54,914 bases of DNA from Patescibacteria group bacterium (GTDB lineage: Bacteria; Patescibacteriota; Saccharimonadia; Saccharimonadales; JAUPVS01): positions 1 through 54,914 of the forward strand of contig JAUPVS010000004.1 of assembly GCA_030916945.1 (NCBI GenBank). The letters are read 5' to 3'. Below are positions 51,832 to 54,914 of this stretch, one piece after another. The stretch's first letter is position 1; each line of letters opens with the position of its first letter. The position numbers and the translations under genes were made by a program. The notes below the pieces were generated by a model. That model was not told the origin of the DNA, did not search any database, and saw only the letters and a program-made list of their open reading frames with translations.

Positions 51832-53814
51832 ATGCTTCATTTTAAGATTTCTCAACGAACCATGCGAATAGCTACCTTGTTAGTGTTCGCCGTAAGTCTG
51901 GTGCTGTCGCATGCGCCGGCTTCGGCACTTTCTGGAGCCGACTTTAACGCCGGTCGAATTATTGATGATGCCGTTTTCTTCAACCCAAATACGATGACCG
52001 CCAACGACATTCAAGTATTTCTTAACTCCAAAGTCCCCGTTTGTGACACCAACGGAACCCAGCCTTACGGAGGTACGACACGGGCCGCCTACGGAGCAAG
52101 CCGCGGCTACCCATCACCTTACACCTGTCTTAAGGACTACTCGCAAGCCATCCCAACCACTGTTGCTGACAGTTATTGTGGCGGAACAGTTGCAGGGGGC
52201 ACAAAATCATCTGCCCAAATCATTTATGACGTTTCGCAGGCCTGTGGGGTTAGCCCAAAGGTCCTTATAATTCTCCTTCAAAAAGAGCAAAGCTTAGTAA
52301 CCGATGACTGGCCCTGGAGCAGTCAGTACCAAAGTGCCACCGGTTATGGTTGCCCCGACACCGCCCCTTGCGATGCCGAGTACTACGGCTTCTTTAATCA
52401 GGTGTACCAGGCCGCCAGACAGTACCAGCGTTACGTCAAACAAGCGCATTTGTTCAACTACCGCTCGGGACAAAACAGCTATGTACAGTACAACCCGAAC
52501 GCAGGTTGCGGCGGTACTAATGTAGTTATCCAAAACCAAGCTACCGCCGGCTTGTATAACTACACGCCTTATCAGCCAAATGCGGCCGCCCTCGCGAACC
52601 TTTATGGCACCGGTGACAGTTGTAGCGCCTATGGTAACCGCAACTTTTGGAGGATGTACATTGACTGGTTCGGTTCGCCAAACTCCAATACACCGTGGGC
52701 CTGGTCATACGAAGGTCAATGGGCGTTTGCCGACGCTGGCCGAACCCAACCCTTCACAAACACACCAACCGTAGCTCCAAACGGCAAGATTTACCTTCGT
52801 GTTAAAGCCCGCAATATGGGTATCTCGACTTGGGATCAATCCTTCTTGCATCTTGGTGTTTCCCGACCAATGGATGTACCAAGTACTTTTGCCGAGGCTG
52901 GCTGGGTTTCGAATACGAGGGCAGCTCGTTTAGTTGAGGCCAGTGTGTCACCAGGCCAAATCGGTACTTTTGAATTCGCCATGCAGGCACCCGCCACTAA
53001 AGGGACCTACAATCAATACTTCAACCTTGTTGCCGAGGGTCGTTCTTGGCTTAATGACCTAGGCCTCTATTTTACGGTTAACGTGAATAGCCCATCGGGC
53101 GTATCGAACTCAACCAATACAACCCTTACCTCTGGTCAATCGATTGGTCACAACGACTACTTACTATCTCCTGATTCACAATCAGCTCTGACTTTACAAG
53201 GTGATGGTAACTTAGTTCTGTACTCTAACTTTGCCGCCACTTGGAGTACTGGTAGTTTTGGCGCTGCGGCTAATCGTCTGATTATGCAAGGTGATGGTAA
53301 CTTAGTTCTGTACGACCAAAATAACGTTGCTCGCTGGAATTCACAAACTGGTGGTAATGCCGGAGCTCGGCTTGTTCTACAGACAGATGGCAACATGGTA
53401 ATCTACTCGGCGACCAACGTGCCACTGTGGTTCACAGGAACCACCCATACGCCTGACCACCTTTCTTACGTCAACACCGGCTTTCGAAACTCTACCAGGA
53501 TGTTCCCTGGTCAAAGCATTGATACGGCCGATGGTAAATACCACCTAATTATGCAGCGTGACGGTAACCTAGTGCTCTATTCGCCAACACGGGCGCTTTG
53601 GGCGACCGGTACCGACGGTAAATCAGCCGCCTTTGTATCGCTTCAGCAGGATGGTAACTTAGTTCTGTACGACCGCGCTTCCCGGCCTCTCTGGTATAGC
53701 GGAACGGCCGGCCATGCAAACCTGCGTAGTGTTATCCAGCAGGACGGTAACCTGGTTCTATACAACAATCTGAATATTCCCTTCTGGCACACTGGCACAG
53801 CCGGTTCGTTGTAA
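51832..53814 (+). CDS. Secreted multidomain protein: conserved N-terminal domain (possible cell-wall-directed enzyme), NBR1/Ig-like module, and two tandem bulb-type (monocot mannose-binding) lectin domains
   Basis: Signal peptide ending in ASA. N-domain contains VLIILLQKEQSLV. The C-terminal ~230 aa carry six QxDxNxVxY motifs (LQGDGNLVLY, MQGDGNLVLY, LQTDGNMVIY, MQRDGNLVLY, LQQDGNLVLY, IQQDGNLVLY). Confidence 0.8.
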   Translation: MLHFKISQRTMRIATLLVFAVSLVLSHAPASALSGADFNAGRIIDDAVFFNPNTMTANDIQVFLNSKVPVCDTNGTQPYGGTTRAAYGASRGYPSPYTCLKDYSQAIPTTVADSYCGGTVAGGTKSSAQIIYDVSQACGVSPKVLIILLQKEQSLVTDDWPWSSQYQSATGYGCPDTAPCDAEYYGFFNQVYQAARQYQRYVKQAHLFNYRSGQNSYVQYNPNAGCGGTNVVIQNQATAGLYNYTPYQPNAAALANLYGTGDSCSAYGNRNFWRMYIDWFGSPNSNTPWAWSYEGQWAFADAGRTQPFTNTPTVAPNGKIYLRVKARNMGISTWDQSFLHLGVSRPMDVPSTFAEAGWVSNTRAARLVEASVSPGQIGTFEFAMQAPATKGTYNQYFNLVAEGRSWLNDLGLYFTVNVNSPSGVSNSTNTTLTSGQSIGHNDYLLSPDSQSALTLQGDGNLVLYSNFAATWSTGSFGAAANRLIMQGDGNLVLYDQNNVARWNSQTGGNAGARLVLQTDGNMVIYSATNVPLWFTGTTHTPDHLSYVNTGFRNSTRMFPGQSIDTADGKYHLIMQRDGNLVLYSPTRALWATGTDGKSAAFVSLQQDGNLVLYDRASRPLWYSGTAGHANLRSVIQQDGNLVLYNNLNIPFWHTGTAGSL

Positions 53815-53870
53815 TATTCTATACCTCGTGATATTAGTTGATGTTATCTGTTAAAATACAGTTACGCTAT

Positions 53871-54914
53871 ATGAAGCAACAAAAAATTTTCATCGATGGC
53901 CTCGGTCTGGTCGAGGGACACTTCAGTGGAGTTGGCCAGTACATTTTAGGCATCTTACGCGGCCTAGATACTCTGCTAGACGAAGCCAAGTATCGCGGTG
54001 AGCCAGTTCCTGACGTACGTGTCGTTATACCGCGCGGCACTACAGCAAAATTCAGAACCTTTGGCTTTAAACATATTGGCTGTAAACGGCTTCCGACTTC
54101 ATTTCGCTACACCGCAGCGCTTTGGCATCGCGGCTGGATGCCGCCGATTGATCTTTTTTGCGGCCGTGGTACTTACATTTTTCCGCGCTTTGTAAGTATG
54201 CCTCTGCTATTCAGTAAAAATGCTGGTTTGGTTATTTTTGACTTGTCTTATGAGCTTCATCGCCAGTACTCGGATGAAGGAAACGCCCTATTTTTGTCGC
54301 ACGCTGTCAAAAAATCAATCGGTAAGACTCAAAAAATTATTGCCATATCCCAAAATGCCCGCCAAGAAATAATCGATTTTTACAAATTGCCGGCCTCTCG
54401 GGTTGTTGTTGCCACCCCGGCAACCGATAAATCGGTAATGTACAGAAGGAATCCAGAAGAGGTTGAGCGCGTAAAGCATCGTTACGGTATTAAAGGCAGC
54501 TACATTCTGGCGCTATCAAATCTTGAACCCCGAAAGAATCTTGACATGTTAGTCGATGCCTACTGCGAGCTACCCGACAGACTAAGAAAACAATACAAGC
54601 TTTTGTTAGTTGGTGTCAGCGGCTGGAAGACTGACAAACTGTTCAATAAGATCGTTGAGAAGGTCGACCAAGGATACGAAATCGTTCGTCCTTCAGACTA
54701 CGTGAGCGACGAAGACAAGGCAGCCATTATATCCGGGGCCGCGATGCTGGTTTATCCAAGTCACTATGAAGGTTTTGGCATGCCTCCCTTGGAAGCTCTG
54801 GCTTGCGGCGTTCCCATAATCACAGCCGACAACTCTTCTTTGCCAGAAGTAGTTGGTAAGGCTGGCGTCATGGTTTCTAGTGACAACAAAAAACGGCTAG
54901 TGGAAGCCATGGTC
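53871..54914 (+). CDS. Glycosyltransferase family 4 (GT-B), 3'-truncated by the window end
   Basis: The ATG at 53871 gives MKQQKIFIDGLGLVEGHFSGVGQY... The frame stays open to 54914 and contains YPSHYEGFGMPPLEALACGVPIITADNSSLPEVVG (E-x7-E motif). It is missing from the ORF track because there is no stop. Confidence 0.85.
   Translation, partial: MKQQKIFIDGLGLVEGHFSGVGQYILGILRGLDTLLDEAKYRGEPVPDVRVVIPRGTTAKFRTFGFKHIGCKRLPTSFRYTAALWHRGWMPPIDLFCGRGTYIFPRFVSMPLLFSKNAGLVIFDLSYELHRQYSDEGNALFLSHAVKKSIGKTQKIIAISQNARQEIIDFYKLPASRVVVATPATDKSVMYRRNPEEVERVKHRYGIKGSYILALSNLEPRKNLDMLVDAYCELPDRLRKQYKLLLVGVSGWKTDKLFNKIVEKVDQGYEIVRPSDYVSDEDKAAIISGAAMLVYPSHYEGFGMPPLEALACGVPIITADNSSLPEVVGKAGVMVSSDNKKRLVEAMV

Noticed and set aside
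1-54914. Alternative genetic code (UGA recoding as in some CPR lineages)
   Set aside because: Well-supported genes end at TGA at the expected lengths (for example GtrA, with its stop at 33703-33701 overlapping the next start). Long ORFs need no TGA readthrough, so the standard code 11 fits. The single in-frame stop of interest (20180) is TAA, not TGA.
1-54914. CRISPR arrays, IS elements, integrases, rRNA
   Set aside because: I saw no regularly spaced direct repeats, terminal inverted repeats flanking a transposase-like ORF, or rRNA-like stretches. The only exact repeats are the intragenic lectin repeats and the 14-nt tRNA 3'-end copy.

Overview
This is a gene-dense bacterial chromosomal window under the standard code (TGA acts as a stop). 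It holds about 60 protein genes, three tRNAs that all carry a CAU anticodon, and no rRNA, CRISPR array, transposase or integrase that I can recognise. The small housekeeping genes, many lineage-specific soluble orphan proteins, membrane-anchored secreted proteins and an archaeal-type AspRS suggest a reduced-genome Patescibacteria/CPR (Saccharibacteria-like) organism, but that is inference only. Positions 1-33 kb mix housekeeping genes with orphans: thioredoxin-like/CcdA pair, IMPase, S51 peptidase, ECF-type sigma factor, K+ channel, FtsB-like, FMN reductase/HxlR pair, Dus, ABC-2 exporter, MurC/Mpl-like ligase, MazG, AspRS, CNNM/CBS, DsbA-like, CPA2 antiporter, NadD, UppP. Positions 33.7-54.9 kb form a large surface-glycan locus: GtrA, O-antigen ligase/polymerase-like, priming sugar transferase, several GT4/GT2, NUDIX, PMM-like, ManC, ColD-type 3-dehydratase, Fcl/ColC-like, Wzx, methyltransferase, polyprenyl-P GT2, a 700-aa GT-C-like membrane protein and WecB. 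It ends with a secreted protein carrying tandem bulb-type lectin domains. The most interesting signal is a compact cobalamin-riboswitch-like element with a terminator/SD-sequestering platform on the minus strand at about 32241-32381. It sits directly upstream of an uncharacterised 465-aa Cys-cluster protein that is tightly followed by nadD. Other items: two unannotated small ORFs with strong expression signals, an in-frame TAA splitting a membrane-protein gene, a tRNA-Ile2 3'-end fragment repeat next to orphan secreted proteins, near-leaderless promoters, and a candidate HxlR operator. All functional calls come from motif recognition by eye. No database search was run, and start codons are approximate.
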